This document shows, piece by piece, positions 28,001 to 40,908 of a stretch of DNA of 64,000 nt. Within the stretch, counting starts at the first letter, position 1. Every line of letters starts with the position of its first letter. The stretch is from contig MU053156.1 of the NCBI GenBank assembly GCA_013239625.1, positions 436,467-500,466 on the forward strand, written 5' to 3'. Source of the stretch: Lama guanicoe. Lineage: Eukaryota. The notes under the pieces are model-generated. The model was given only the letters and a program-made list of their open reading frames with translations, ran no database searches and had not been told where the DNA came from. The translations under genes and the position numbers were made by a program.

Positions 28001-31000
28001 TTTGAAGTAGTTTCTGTCCAGCCACCACATGGGATTTAAGGGCTTTTATTTCCCTAAAAATTTCCTCTTACAGGTCTCATTGTGGGGTGACATTTGTTGC
28101 TAAAAAGGAATAAACATTTGCAACCAGTCCATGCTGGTTACAGCAAAAAAATTTTAAAAGTAACTTTGTGAATGTCAGTGGTCATTGTCTTTAAAATACG
28201 TGCTATACTCTGCACAAAAGAGAAAAAATATTGAAACAACCTCTTAGAGCCCATGGAGGATGTATTCTAAGCCAGGCAACATAAAATGATCATCTTAACG
28301 CTTCATGGAAATTTGTCCTAAGATTTTCACATGATGCTAGCCAGCAGCTTTATATTGGCCATGTAGGTAGCAGTCGGGAGGGAGGATTCTGGAGTTAGCT
28401 GGCTTGGGTGGCTGGATGGCTCTGGTGGTCTGTTTGCCCTCATTATGTTTTAGTCCTCTCATCACTAAACGAGGGACAGATGGAATGTTAATGTAATAGT
28501 GTTGTCAGGAGAATTACATTAATTTATGATTAAGGCAGAACAGAGTACATGGTAAATAGTCACTATGTGTTCACCATTATGATCATGAAGAAATAAATTC
28601 AGGTTCCAGTTTGAGCCGTCCTGCATTGGGCATAATCAAGCCACTTGCTGACTTCCCGTAAAACTTAGATGTTTGTTATTTCAGTCTTTTTTTTTTTTTT
28701 ACTTACTTACATATGGTTTGCCGCCACTTTCCAAAAAGCATTTTGGCTCAGCTTAACCACAGAAGGACAAGGCAGAAGTATAAAAGAGAAATAAACAATC
28801 AGAGCAAAGGAATATGGTAAGCACAAGGGTTACTCTAATCCTTTGACATCAGCTCTGAGTCTGAGTTTCCTGGCAGGCAAGTCAGCAAAACCATGAAACA
28901 CAAGCCCTGATGGGGGCACACTGCATGCTCATTTTTCAGTGAGGACATTTTCTCTAGTGCTAAGTTGTAAAAGATGCTCTCATGGTAGACTTAGTTTAAA
29001 GGGGTCGGTTTACATAACATACATCAGTTTTACAAATACAGAGTGTTTTTCATGGTTGTATCTTATAGCAGACTGGGAAGGAAACCAAAAGCAAAATGTG
29101 CATAGACAACCCACGAGAGGGTGTAATGACCTTTTCCTCATATTTCCAGGATCTCTGCAGGACCAGATGGGAAACGGTTCTGGAGCTGGTCTTTGGGCTC
29201 TGGCTGTCCCCCAGTCTCCTTCAGTTTAGTGTCTGTGTGTCTGGTGGATAACTCGAATTTCTTGGTCTTGTGTTCCTTCTTTTTTCCCACAGCGCTTTCA
29301 GGGAGATGCCTAGGAATGTGTCTTAGCCGGAGATGGGGGCTCTTGTCCTGAGTGTGACTGTTGTCCCCCTGCTGCTGCTTCCTCCCAGTCCCCCCACCCC
29401 ACACCTTCAGGAGGGTGGTCCCTGTCCCTGTGCACCTGCGATGGTGCCTGCCCGCTGTGAGCATCTTGCCCGTCTGTCTTCCCCTTCTGGAAGCACGGTT
29501 AGAGGTAGCGTGCCTGGCCGCGTTGTCCCTTGGTCTCCCTAACCGTCTGCGGCTGTGAAGGAACTGCGAGCCAGGGAAGTGTGGGCTCCTCCGTGTGGGC
29601 TCCACGTCCCACACTGACCTCCACTGTCTCTCCTCACTGGTCCCTGCCGCCCCTGCCTGGTGGGAGGACTCACCGTCTTGTCCATGTGTCCTGATTCCGA
29701 CGCACAGCGGCGAGACCCTGTGCTCTTGCTCACTTGTCACCGTTTCTCTTTTCTGTGTTTCCCCCGTATTTACCCTCCCAGACCTGGTTGAAGGGTGCGT
29801 CCCCTGTGGTGTGAGAATGGCTGCTTCAGCTTGGTCACCCCGGGGGTCCTTTGTGCCTCTCAAGGACACTCATGGGGACATCCTGCTCCTGCTCCTGCCC
29901 CGAGAAATGGGGAGCCTGACAGACTTGGCAACCCCCCCATTTCCCCCAGAGTGTTTTAGATCCTATCACTCGGTAAGTATTTGAATAAGCAAATCCCCAA
30001 CCAGCTGACCCTTCGCGCCCTCCAGAGGTTCCTCAGTCACATGCCTTTCCTCTTGCTTCTCTGGCTTGTGTGTCTCACTGAGATACAGACCTTACGAGCA
30101 CATCAGTGGATTTGCCTGTTTTATGAAACTTTGTCTTCTTTAAAAATAATCTCCATTCTCCTGCATTCTTCGTAGTATTTTGACGGCTTCTGAACAAATT
30201 TCTGATTGTTTTCTGATTATATTAAAAACTTAATACAGAATTTATATTATAGATAATGTAGAAATTTTCGTAAGTAGTTGGTGTACTTTGAAACTTCCAT
30301 TGTGGCCGCTGTATCGCATTCCTTAGTTAAACATAACTGTACATGTGGGTGTTTGGTGCCCGCTTCTGCTGGTGAGACTGACATTTTCTGAGCTCATATT
30401 CTGTGTCACGTGCCCTGCGGAGCATGGTATGTGCACTGGCTTGTTCGCAGCACCAGCCCCGTGAGATCAGCCTCTCAGAATAGGGGCCAAACTAGGAGGA
30501 AGGTCAGTCCTGCGTGGGGTCTGGCGGAGCCGGCTCTGTAGCCGCTGTCCCCAGGGCCCCTCACTGCAGTGCGCTGCGTCTGGCTCAGGGCAGGTGCCGG
30601 CCCGGGGACCTGCATGCAGTGCTTGCTGAGCGAGGGGACAGAATCAAAGTACTAACACTCCTTATCTGGGGGTGCCGAGCCTAGAGGTGGTTTTGGTTTC
30701 CTTTTCTTTTTTTCCTGTTTGCATCAGACAAAGTGGCCTCAGCAGGACTGTCTGTTAACTCCTAGTGAGGCTGGGGCAGAATGTGCGAGAACCCCGGTTC
30801 TCCTCGCCTTCCTGCTCTGTGGCTCTCGCAGTGGTGGCTTGACTCTCTGCGTTGCATAGGGCCATCACCATTCAAGGCTGTCACTCCCAGGTGTGACAGA
30901 GATGGTGAAACAGGGGGACTTGTCCCTCGCTGAGGTCCCTGAGCTGCCATATCAAAGACCCTCTGGAGCACATGTGCGGAAACAGAGCACAGGTTGTCCT

Positions 31001-33417
31001 CAGCTCAGGTCAAGTCAGAGGAGGTTTTCTTGGTCCCCTGAGTAGCCGTTCTGTAACCAGGCTCTTCCTGCCTTGTGGCTTTGCCACTGTCGCCCTGATC
31101 CAGCCCAGAGAGGGGCGAGCTGGGGGCCACGTGGGCTCTTCTGCTCCAGCTCCCTTGGCTTCTGTCCTGTGCGCGCTGGCCTCAAGGCCGCAAGGGAGGC
31201 GGGGAAGCAGCAGAAGGGATTGTGATGGGCTGTTTCTGGGAAGCCTTCCTGGTTTCATTTTTGGAGTGAAGACACCTCACCTGGAAGTTCCTCAGAAGTG
31301 TTTTCCCTCCTGTCCCGTCATGCTGGACCAGGTGTAGCAGGAAGGATGGGACCATCGTTGGGGCTTAGATTCATCTTCAGGCACCTTTGGGTTGAGCTGC
31401 ACCTGGTGCCCTGAGGCTACGTGGAGGAGGCCCAGCCCTGGGGGCCAAGCCCACTCCTCCTAGAAATCAGGAGGGGGTGGCTGTTTGGTTATTTACCAAC
31501 AGTGTCTAGTACACGGCTGTTCTGGATTTATAAATTGTCTAGGGCATGTAACACTTCTGTCATTTAATGTCGTAAAGGAACCTTTATGCATCATCCATCT
31601 GGTAAATATTTCAAAGATGTTGTAAAGTGAATAGGACAGAGAAGCACCTTCTGAGGACCCACTGAACCCAGTGTTGCGAGTCCCTCTGTGATCCATCAAT
31701 CACAGGGTTGTTGTCTGATGGATTCATGTGTCTGTCCGTCAGGATTCTCTGCTCACGGCTCCTAGAAACTGTGGCTAACGCTAGCACCATAGAATCCACA
31801 GAATCCACCAGAAGAACGTGGACCAGCCTCCATCCTGAGGGAAGGTCGGAGCCCCATGGCAGGTCCTGCGGGAGCCTCTCTGCACTATGTTCCGGCCTTG
31901 CTCTGCCAGGTCGAGCGTCCACGGGCTGATCTCTTCCACCCTGAGGTGTGCAAGGCACCTGGGTGGGGGTGGCGCTGGTCCAGGCATACCTACCCAGTCT
32001 TGTTCTGTGGCCCCAGGAGACAACCTGTACTTGGCCTTGCCCCAGGAGAACACTGGAGTGCAGATGAGGGGGATGGCGAGAGGCACCAGGTCTCAGGTCA
32101 TCTCATAGCGTGTCTCGTTCTGTTAAGACAGATGCCACATAGACAGGCAGGTGAGACCAGGGTCTGTAGTCCTGAAGTGCAGGGGCGTTCCCAGGGGCCA
32201 CTCAGGCTGTGACTGTGGCGTGTGCATGGCGTTCTTGGGTGCTGCCTCTCAGCCACTGTCCCTCCTTCACAGTTCCCTCTGTTCTAGGTTAAGGGTGTGC
32301 TTTGCAGAGTATTCAGTGTTTTCCCAGGAAGCCAGAATAGGGAAAACCCGGAGGTCAGTGTTTTGTTGTCAGATTCGGTAACTCATTTCCTTGGCTCCCA
32401 GGTCTTCCCTTTGTCATGTTGATCCCACTTCTGGAAGCTCGTCATCTGTATCTTCCCAGCCATCCCTATGTAACAGAGCCCTTGTCCACTTTACCTTGCT
32501 TGCTTTAGTTGTCTGTCTTTGAACCATCTCCAGCTTTGCCTGTATGAGACGTGTGACTAGAACTGCACCACAATTTTACACAGACAGGGTGATGCTTTCT
32601 GATTTATTCCAAATACCTCTTTGATGAGGGCTAGCATTTTGTTGATGTTTTGGAGGCTGTCGTATTTCCTCAGCTAGCCTGAGAGAGAGGTGAGTGTTCA
32701 CCTTTAATCATCTGACTTGCTGAGCTCCAGCAAATGAGTTACACCTGTTACCATGTTGGAGGTGCTAGCAGAGGTGGCTGCTGGCAGTGGTTACAGGTCT
32801 CTGTACTGCACAGTAAGTGGGTTTAGCTGAATAAGCGCCCCTCCTGGCCCCAGTGTGACTTGTGAGTTGCCCTGTTGTGGTTTCCATGGAACTAGACTTA
32901 GGTAGTATGATAGACTTGGATTAAGAATCTGTCCTGTAGGTTATCAGTAATAAACTAAATACCAACAGTGATCAACTGGCTTTTATATAAAAGAAGACAC
33001 ATTTGATAGATTGGTATTTTAGTGGCAGAAACAGAACTTCTGTCTGTGTCAGGCCAGATTTAGGCAAAGCTTAGCATTTCTGTTGCTGGTGATACTGACC
33101 CTCCAACTGCTGCTCTGAGTCGCTCTTACTGTCTCTCAGCTGTTTATCATAATTGGAAGGCGTCTCATAAACTTACCCCGTGTAGCATGTTAGCTGATAA
33201 TCCCTTAAGATTTGTTAGTCTTCAGCATATTTGCATTGTAATGCTAGTCCAACTCCCTGGTGCTGGAATGATTTGGAGAGTTGAGTGGGAGAAGTAGGCA
33301 CACACCCTTCTGCTTCCTCGTGAGGCTGCTTCTACTAAATGGATGCTCTCAGATCATTAAGTAACAAAAATGTCGATGCTTTGCTCTCATAACCTCACAC
33401 ACGAATTTTTTCTAGTG

Positions 33418-33625
33418 TTTTTTTTATGTTGAAGTATAGTCTGTTACAGTGTGTCAATTTCTGGTGTACAGCATAATGTCTCAGTCATGCATATATATAC
33501 ATATGTTCATTTTCATACTCTTCTGATAAAGATTACAAGATATTGAATATAGTTCCCTGTGCTATACAGAAAAATTTGTTTTTTTAATCTGTTTTTAACA
33601 TTTGCAAATCTCAAACTCCCAAATT
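33418..33625 (-). mobile_element. LINE-1 3' end fragment
   Basis: TTTTATGTTGAAGTATAG...TTTCTGGTGTACAGCATAATG...TACAAGATATTGAATATAGTTCCCTGTGCTATACAG; similar to the L1 3' ends at 46508 and 55740. Confidence 0.8.
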
Positions 33626-34559
33626 TACAAAACTTGTCCAAATTAGCCGCTGTAGCTCAGCTCGCTCGTCATGACGATGAGTCCAGTGATCCACTGAGGT
33701 TTTCTCTGAAACCCAGACTGCTCGAGTGCACGGTGCTCGGTGGGAAACATCTGGACTATGCTAGTGCATCCAGCCATCCGCATGTGCACCCGCTCCGGGC
33801 AGCCTACCATTTTCATGTGATTTTAATTAGTATGGCATAAACATCTGAGTTCAGTAGACAGTTAACAAAGCATCTGAATTTTCTTTCAACAGGATAGCGA
33901 GGTGGCCTTAAGCAGTGAATTAAAAAAAAAAAACAAAAAACCTTCAAACTCCGTAACCAAAGGGTATTGAAGATGCTTCATTCCAGCAGGCTGGAATCAG
34001 GGAGAGGACTGGGATGCCCTGCCTGAGTGTGGCCTGGCAGGGTGTCCTGTCATGCAGTCTGTACAGCTAATGCTGGTTGGGGAGCAGTTTTGGAGGGGGG
34101 AACCAAAAAACTTTAAATCTTTTGCTGAATCATTTTAACGTGCTTCTAAAGCAAGTAAAAACCATCTGTAAAAAGGTGAGAATAATACTGAGTGCCCTCT
34201 AGTATTACACAGTTCTTTGCTGTGTTTTCAAGGTCCCTTGCAGCTCACTTAGGACTAATGCCTTTTCGGAGAAGAGATCCGTGAGATGTGTTTTGGATGA
34301 AATTTTGCAGTGCTGGCCGCTTGCCAGTTGGAATATCTTTTTAATGTCACCAGTTTAAGGCTTCAAATCCTTTTTATGATGTAAGGGGCCTAGTTTACAT
34401 TTAAAATGATCCCCTAAGATACATTTTACACTTTCATGTTGGAACGCATTTCCAGATCTTGGCAAAGTTCTCAAACAACTCCCCCGTAGAAAGAGCTTTT
34501 TCTAATAGATGAGTAAGCTGGAGAGAGCGAAGCTGATGCTTATCCCTGTTTTACTCCAG

Positions 34560-37500
34560 ACCAGGATAGGCGGATGACAGAACGTGTGGTCCTGCAGAAG
34601 CTGAAGCCCATTGCTCCTTACACCATCACCCTGTCCTCCCTGCATCCTGATGTGGAAGGAGGTCGGATGATGGGAAGAGGCGAGACCAGTAAGTGAACCT
34701 GGACTCCTGTGGCTGTTTTAGTAACCGTCATGGGGATGGAGTCACATCTTCCACTGCAAACACTGGGGTGGCACAGAGTTTTGTTAACCTTTAAAAATGC
34801 ATGTTAGTAATGATCTTCATTGTTTCTGGTGGTTGTTTTTTTTTGTCGGTGGGGGCGGGGGGTAATTAGGCTTTATTTATTTGTTTTTAATGGAGATACT
34901 GGGGGTTGAACCCAGGACCTCGTGCACACTAAGCACACACTTTACCCCTGAGCTATACCCTTCCCCCCAAGAGCTAAATTGTTTTTAATATCCTTACTGC
35001 AGTTATCTGTCTCTGGTCTTGGAGAAAGATGTTCATTACCTTCTAGGATAACAGACAATGCTGTGAGGCCACAATACATTGTGGAGGGATGAGACATGTA
35101 CCAGATGATCCCTGCCTTTTTTTTCCTTTATTCACTACTTCAACAGATATTTGTGGGGTGCATACTACAGGGGTTCTGCTGTAGGATTCCCGGGACCCCT
35201 CAGTAAACCTGGGCTTCATGTGTGCTGGGTTGTTAGGGTCACATGTGATGTGCTTTCTGTGCCTTTCAGAACCTTTGACTACCGTGAGGAACCGCAGAGT
35301 GCATGGCCCTGCCACCAGCACTTTGCACGTTCTCTGGGACCACGCGGAGGGAAATCCTGGTCAGTACAAGCTCGTCTCTGCACTAACAGCAGGTGCTCTG
35401 GAGGAACTGGTCATTATTTCCTATAGGGAAGAGTGTGTACTAGTTTCAGCTGTAGCTTGCAAAGTGGCGCTCAAGAGTTAACCAGCTTACTGTAGCACTG
35501 AACGAGTTCATGTTCCTTCAGTAGAACGTGAAGGAGGGTAGTTGGTTCGGGCCTTAGAGCCTGGGTGATGGGGGCTTTCGGAAGACTGGGGCTGGGGAGT
35601 CGAATCATTCCAGGGACTTTTCAAGAAGGAGTGAGGGCATGTGTAGGTAAGTCTTCATCAACTCTTAACAACAGTTTGTATGGGGTACATCCTTAGCTCC
35701 CAGTATTACAGAACCTGCTTCTTGACTTGGCCTTGAGTTAATATTTTGAGTGTTTTATTGTTCAATGTATTATTTCTCATGCAAGGTTTTCAAATCAAGT
35801 ACTTTACATTTTATTAAAATCTTCAGATGCCGATCCCTGGGAATACCAATGATGCCATTCTTAGGAGTGTGCAGCTGGATGCCCTGTACACCATTACAGT
35901 GGTTCCCCTTTATCCTGAGGGCGATGGAGGGCGTACACCAGACACTGGAAGGACATGGAAGTAAGAAGGCAGAAAAATGTAGCGTTTTCATGATGCATTT
36001 TGCTTTTTAGTATAGTGTAAAGTTTAAAGTGTAAAGAAAATTTGGGGAATTCATTACGATGGAATAAAAATGTAACAATTACCCATAGTTTACCTCCCAA
36101 CTCCCACCAGTTGTTAATATTTTAGTGTATGAAATACAAATGTATGACATTCTTCTGAAATAACTTCAGGATTCTTAAGTGTGTATACAGTTATCAGTAT
36201 TCTCTGTCACTGACAAAAAGTTCATGAGCTTTGCTTTGTGCTTGATAGATTTGGGTGAAGCAGTGTTTTGTCACTGGCTTTCAGTGTCAGTTGTTGAAAT
36301 CTGTTGGTCATATTAATTGATAGCACATGTCTGCTGATGAAGTGCTTTTTGGCTTTGAAAATTTGTGTGTGTTCATTTGCTATTGACATTTTGAGAAACC
36401 AGTTTATAGCGGTTTTACAGTTCTTTGCAGTATTGTTTAAAGGCTTTGGTGCATACCTCTAAATACTATTTGGCTTAAAAACATACGTGCTGATGGCTTA
36501 AAGAAAGCAAGTGTGGATGGCTTCTTTTGGCAACAGATTAGTGGTCTAGAAAAACGATGTTATTGCTAAACTGGAGTTTGGAGTTAATACATGGATTTAA
36601 TTTGCATGTCTTTCTAAGTTCCTTTTGGGGCAGTTAATTGAGAACTGAGTGTATCTTTGATTTGTCCCTATGTTTGCCTTTTCTTTGAATCACAGAAGAC
36701 ATTCAGTGTCTGTTGAATGAGAAGAAATGAATGATTGAAACCAGCTAACCTAGCTGCCCGGATTAGATGGGCGTCCTCGGGTGTTGTCAGTTCTCATTTA
36801 GAGGCGGAGATAGTAGAATCCTCTTGTCTCTCTCTCCTTGACCTGTGCTGGAAAGCTGCAGCTGCTTTTCCAGTTTCTTGCCCTTGTCCTTGTCCCTTGT
36901 CCTTTTTTGGCCAACCCAAAGTACTACTACTTTTACTCCCTTGTTTTAATTGGCAACAACTTAGCGTCTGTAGAGACCAAGGCCCTAGTTGGCTGTTTGG
37001 CTAAATTTGGGTTCGGAGGGTTTTCATCTGCTTTTGTGTGTAGATAATTCAGAGTTTAAGGACGACAGTGTTTTATCCTGCTGCAGAGCGGAAGTTCGGG
37101 AGGAGTGATAACAAATGCTCGACACGTGTAAACAGATGTAAGAAATGTGTGTTGGCTTTTCTTTCCTCAGTGGTGGGAAGACTGGCCAGAGATGTCCAAG
37201 TGTACAGTCCGATGCCAAACAGCCGGGCCGTTGGCTGGACCCCGCCCCTGGCCAGTGCAACAGCACTGCGTGTGTGTGCTCCCCTGGCTGGCACAAGGCC
37301 CCCGGAACCTGTAAGTACTGTTGTCATCGCAGAGCTGGCAGAAGAATTTTGTAGACTTTACGGCGCCTCCTGCTGTGGTTGTGGTGCAGGGCAGTAGATG
37401 AGTTGGTGTGGCCCTGGGTCACATGCACTCATTTCCTAATGAACTTAGTCTCGTGTTTGTGTCATGCTTGGGAGCCTGTGAGAACACAGGCCACAAACAT

Positions 37501-39264
37501 GCCCACATACAGTGCTTAAGTGATTGCTTTTGATGAATTAAATCATAAGGGTATTAACTAACTGTAGGGTTAGTAAGCAAAAATGAATTTGGGGAAAATG
37601 CAAATTAGCTATATGGGTTAAAAAAACCCAGTAGTAAATGCAAGTCATTGATTGACCTTGTCAGTACGCGCTTTCATTGTAACACACATGTCTTTGTTTG
37701 GAACCTACCTGAGTTTTGCCTTCACTGGCTCTTAACAGATCGCCCATCTATCTTGGTACTATTCCGTTTTCTAAGTGGATTAATAATACAGAGAGCAGAA
37801 ATTACTAATTTGAGTAGGGAGAGTATCAGAACACGTGAGGGAAAGTAAATTCATGAGACTTTACAAGAAGAAGCAGGGACCGTGAACAAAGATAAACAGA
37901 CACTGAGCCTGTTCCAGTGTTGATTTGCACCCTTGTGTGCGGCAGGGCATGTTCAGACAACACTGCCCTTGGCCATCGCATGGAGAAGCTCTCCATTTTA
38001 ATAAAAAAATCTCTCCCTGAGTAGTGTAGTGTACGTGTACGTGTCTCTAACATTTGGGATGCTTTGGGGTCACTGTCGTAAACCCTGGATGTTGTATGTG
38101 AGAACCTTCCCCAGGAACCTAAATGGGAGGTTGTTGAAGTTGCTAAGGGTCAAGTGTGGACTGACATTTAGTGGAGAGGGAATTTCTGAGGGTAAAGTGC
38201 ATCTAACGCTGTGGCCTGGGCGGATGTCACAAGGTAGCACAGAGGTTGGCTTCTGCTGTGTCTGGGCTCAGCCCTTTGCTATAAACACTATTATGCTGAC
38301 TTTAATAAGAGACTCGGTAAGCATTCGGGTTGTCATCAGACAGAATTTGTCATGTCCTTCCGTTCCAGATTGTGGTGCCAGGAAACACCCACACGGGGCA
38401 CTTGGAGCAGCTGATTCCAGACACACCCTGTTCTGTGAACATCATTGTGCTCCACTCGGATGGAGAGGGGAATCCCAGCCTCGGCCGGGGCCAAACACTT
38501 GAGGCTGAAATCCTTTCCACCCAGTTCCCTTGTGGACTCAGTGAGGAAGGCTGGGCAGGTGAGGGAGGGGTGCTGAAAGCTGCCTCCACCTTGCGCAAGT
38601 GAGGGGAGGCCTGGCGCCCACTTCTGCCCGGGTCCCCTGTGTTCACATTTAGGCTGAAGGCCCTCTGGGCTGAGTGAGTGTCATTGGGCCATTTTCTCAT
38701 CTGGGACCTGAGTTAAGGAGAGATTTCTTCCCTCCTTTTGCCCTGTGTTGGGTCTTCTCACCAACTGGGCACTTTTGAAATGTGAGGGCTTGGCCTGTTT
38801 CATTCAGCAGGAAGTAGTCAGGGTAGTTGAAATCCCTTTCTCTCCCGGTCTGTGCATTTAGGTTCCAGCCTAGGCTCTGTCTAGGGAAGTTCAGCACGTA
38901 ACCGTAGCTCTGAATGGAGCACTTTCTACTGTTCACAGGTCCACGTGAGAAAGGTAGGAGATGCGGATTTTATCACAGGGGAGGAAACACCCCAGAGAGT
39001 GGTGAAACCCCTGGGTGCAGTTACTCTGACCTGCATACAGTTCTTTTATACCCCTCCCTTCACCCCCATGTCCACCATGCTCACAGACAGGCCACTAAGT
39101 CTATTGTGTTTTATTTATTTAGGACCATGAAGTGGACCGAGGAATCTGAGTCTTTAGAAGAGACAACCAGCAGCCTCTCCGTACCCTGGGATCACGCTGA
39201 TGGGCCAGTTCAGCAGCACAGGATCATTTTTTCTCCCACCGTTGGTGACCCAGTCGATGAATAT
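34560..39264 (+). pseudogene. COL12A1: Unprocessed partial pseudogene of collagen XII alpha-1: six consecutive FN3-encoding exons (34560-34688, 35270-35409, 35827-35956, 37171-37310, 38369-38498, 39123-39264)
   Basis: Translations [34 protein letters not shown] / [34 protein letters not shown] / [43 protein letters not shown] / LARDVQVYSPMPNS / [37 protein letters not shown] / [35 protein letters not shown] match recalled COL12A1 FN3 repeats in order. All have AG acceptors. Lesions: TGA at 34575 and 39128, frameshifts in exons 1, 4 and 6, donors GGAAGT (35957) and TTGAGG (38499). Confidence 0.93.
34852..34968 (-). mobile_element. Vic-1-like SINE inside an intron of the COL12A1 fragment
   Basis: GGTAATTAGGCTTTATTT...GGGGTTGAACCCAGGACCTCG...CTGAGCTATACCCTTCCCC. 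Confidence 0.8.
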
Positions 39265-40364
39265 GTGAGTCTGATACTGTTTATTTGAGCATTTTGTAAT
39301 CTGTTGCCTGGTTGGAGGGTGGAATTAAGATTTCTTCTTTAGAAGTGCTGTGATGACTGTTGAGCCCTATCTTCTTGTGTGACACTGACAGTGTCCTGTG
39401 TCTCTTGTGTGACAGTCACATTTTACATGGTTTCTCTGACCTGGGGTCATGGTGACGTAGGGCTGTGCTTGGTGGTGCAGTGGGGGCCAAGACTGAGGTA
39501 GGAGACCTGGAGCCCCCACTGGAAGTCCTGGACCCGGGACCCTACCCCACAGCAGGGGTCACTGTCTACTCCCTGGTGGTCCTCCCTCCTGGCCTCCTGT
39601 CCTGGGGTCCTGCTGGGGTCCTCTCACCTGGCCCTGCATCAGGTGAGTTGCCTTTCAGGAGGTCTGTCAGCCTCCTGGGCTTATTTTTCTTCATAGTGCC
39701 TGCTACTTCCCTGTTGGTTCTTTGTGTTTTCTTACATTGATTTGAAGACTTATTTTTAAAATTTGTTACCCGGAGCCACTGGACATCTGACCAGGGGCAG
39801 TGTGGTGCGCGAGTGCCAGCTGCACAGGGAGGCCGATGTTGGGCCCCTGCTGGCCTGTGCACAGCGCCTCACAGCCTGGGCTGGACCCAGCCTGGCTGGG
39901 GAGACCTCACAGCCCCTACAGGGTGGCCAGGCCAGCCCCATGAGGCCTGAGGCATTTTTTTAAATGTGGTAAAAGTTAATCTTGTATTGGGTCTTTTCTC
40001 CTGTGGATACACTTCCTGGTCTGGTGTTTGCAGGTTAATTTAATTTTGTTTGTTTCTTGCTCATGCAGAATACAGTTGATTTTATATACTGATCCTCAAT
40101 CCAGTAACCATGCCTTAATTCACTTCCTAATTGTGAATGTCTTTGGATTATGGTGGATTTTCCATGCATATAATAATGCCATGCACACACGACAGTTTTC
40201 TTGCTTAAAATTTGATCTTTATGTCTCCTGTTTTGCTGCTGCTGTTACTGCATTATTATCCTGACAGTGTCTTCAGTACAGTATCTCTAATAGAAGGTGT
40301 GAAAGCTGGCATCTGGTCTGTTTACAGAGAAATTTCTTTCAATATTTGCACACTAGTTGTATTG

Positions 40365-40908
40365 TTTGTTACTGTACTGAGTCCAGACTCATTCTGCTCA
40401 CTGCATGACAGGCCAGTAAATCAGGAGACAAGTTGTTGGGACAAGGAATAGCAACTTGAGAAAGCTGGCTGACCCAGAAGATGGCAGACTGATGTCCTGG
40501 AGAACCATCTTCTCCAAGTCAGAATTCAGGCTCCTTTTCTACTAAAAAGGGGAAGGGGAATGCTTGGTTCTTGCAAACTTGTTGGTGTAGAAATTCTTTG
40601 TTCTTGGAATCCTGTGTTCTTGTAGCTGTCCATGTGGATCAGATCATGGTGTCTCTGTAAACCTCCAACCAAACAAATGTTATTGTCTGTATTGCAACTT
40701 GTTATCTTTATATGAATGAAAATGTGTTAATATCCTTAAAGGTCAGAGCCTTGGGAACAGGCTCTCCTGTATAATTCAGGCTACTGGCAACATTGTTTTG
40801 CAAAAGCTGCAAAGCTGGCAAGACTAAGTCTAGGAAACAGCACAGGGTTAAAGCCAAAGTAACAGATCTAATGTGGAGTCAGATTTGTTCTTTTTTTTTC
40901 CATTATCA
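40365..40908 (-). mobile_element. Solo ERV LTR (ERV1-like)
   Basis: TGTTAC...TATCA termini (TG...CA); GAGTCCAGACTCATTCTGCTC, CAAGGAATAGCAACTT and AACCTCCAACCAAACAAATGTTATT resemble cetartiodactyl ERV1 LTRs. Confidence 0.65.

Noticed and set aside
29138..29869. Longest tracked ORF (243 aa, minus strand)
   Set aside because: No recognisable domain, no ATG at the tracked start, and GC-rich sequence where stops are scarce
31500..31942. Minus-strand terminal-exon-like segment (acceptor at 31941, ATTAAA near 31565)
   Set aside because: No recognisable protein and no upstream partner exon found
34560..39264. Functional COL12A1 gene
   Set aside because: Premature stops, frameshifts, two non-GT donors and missing flanking exons
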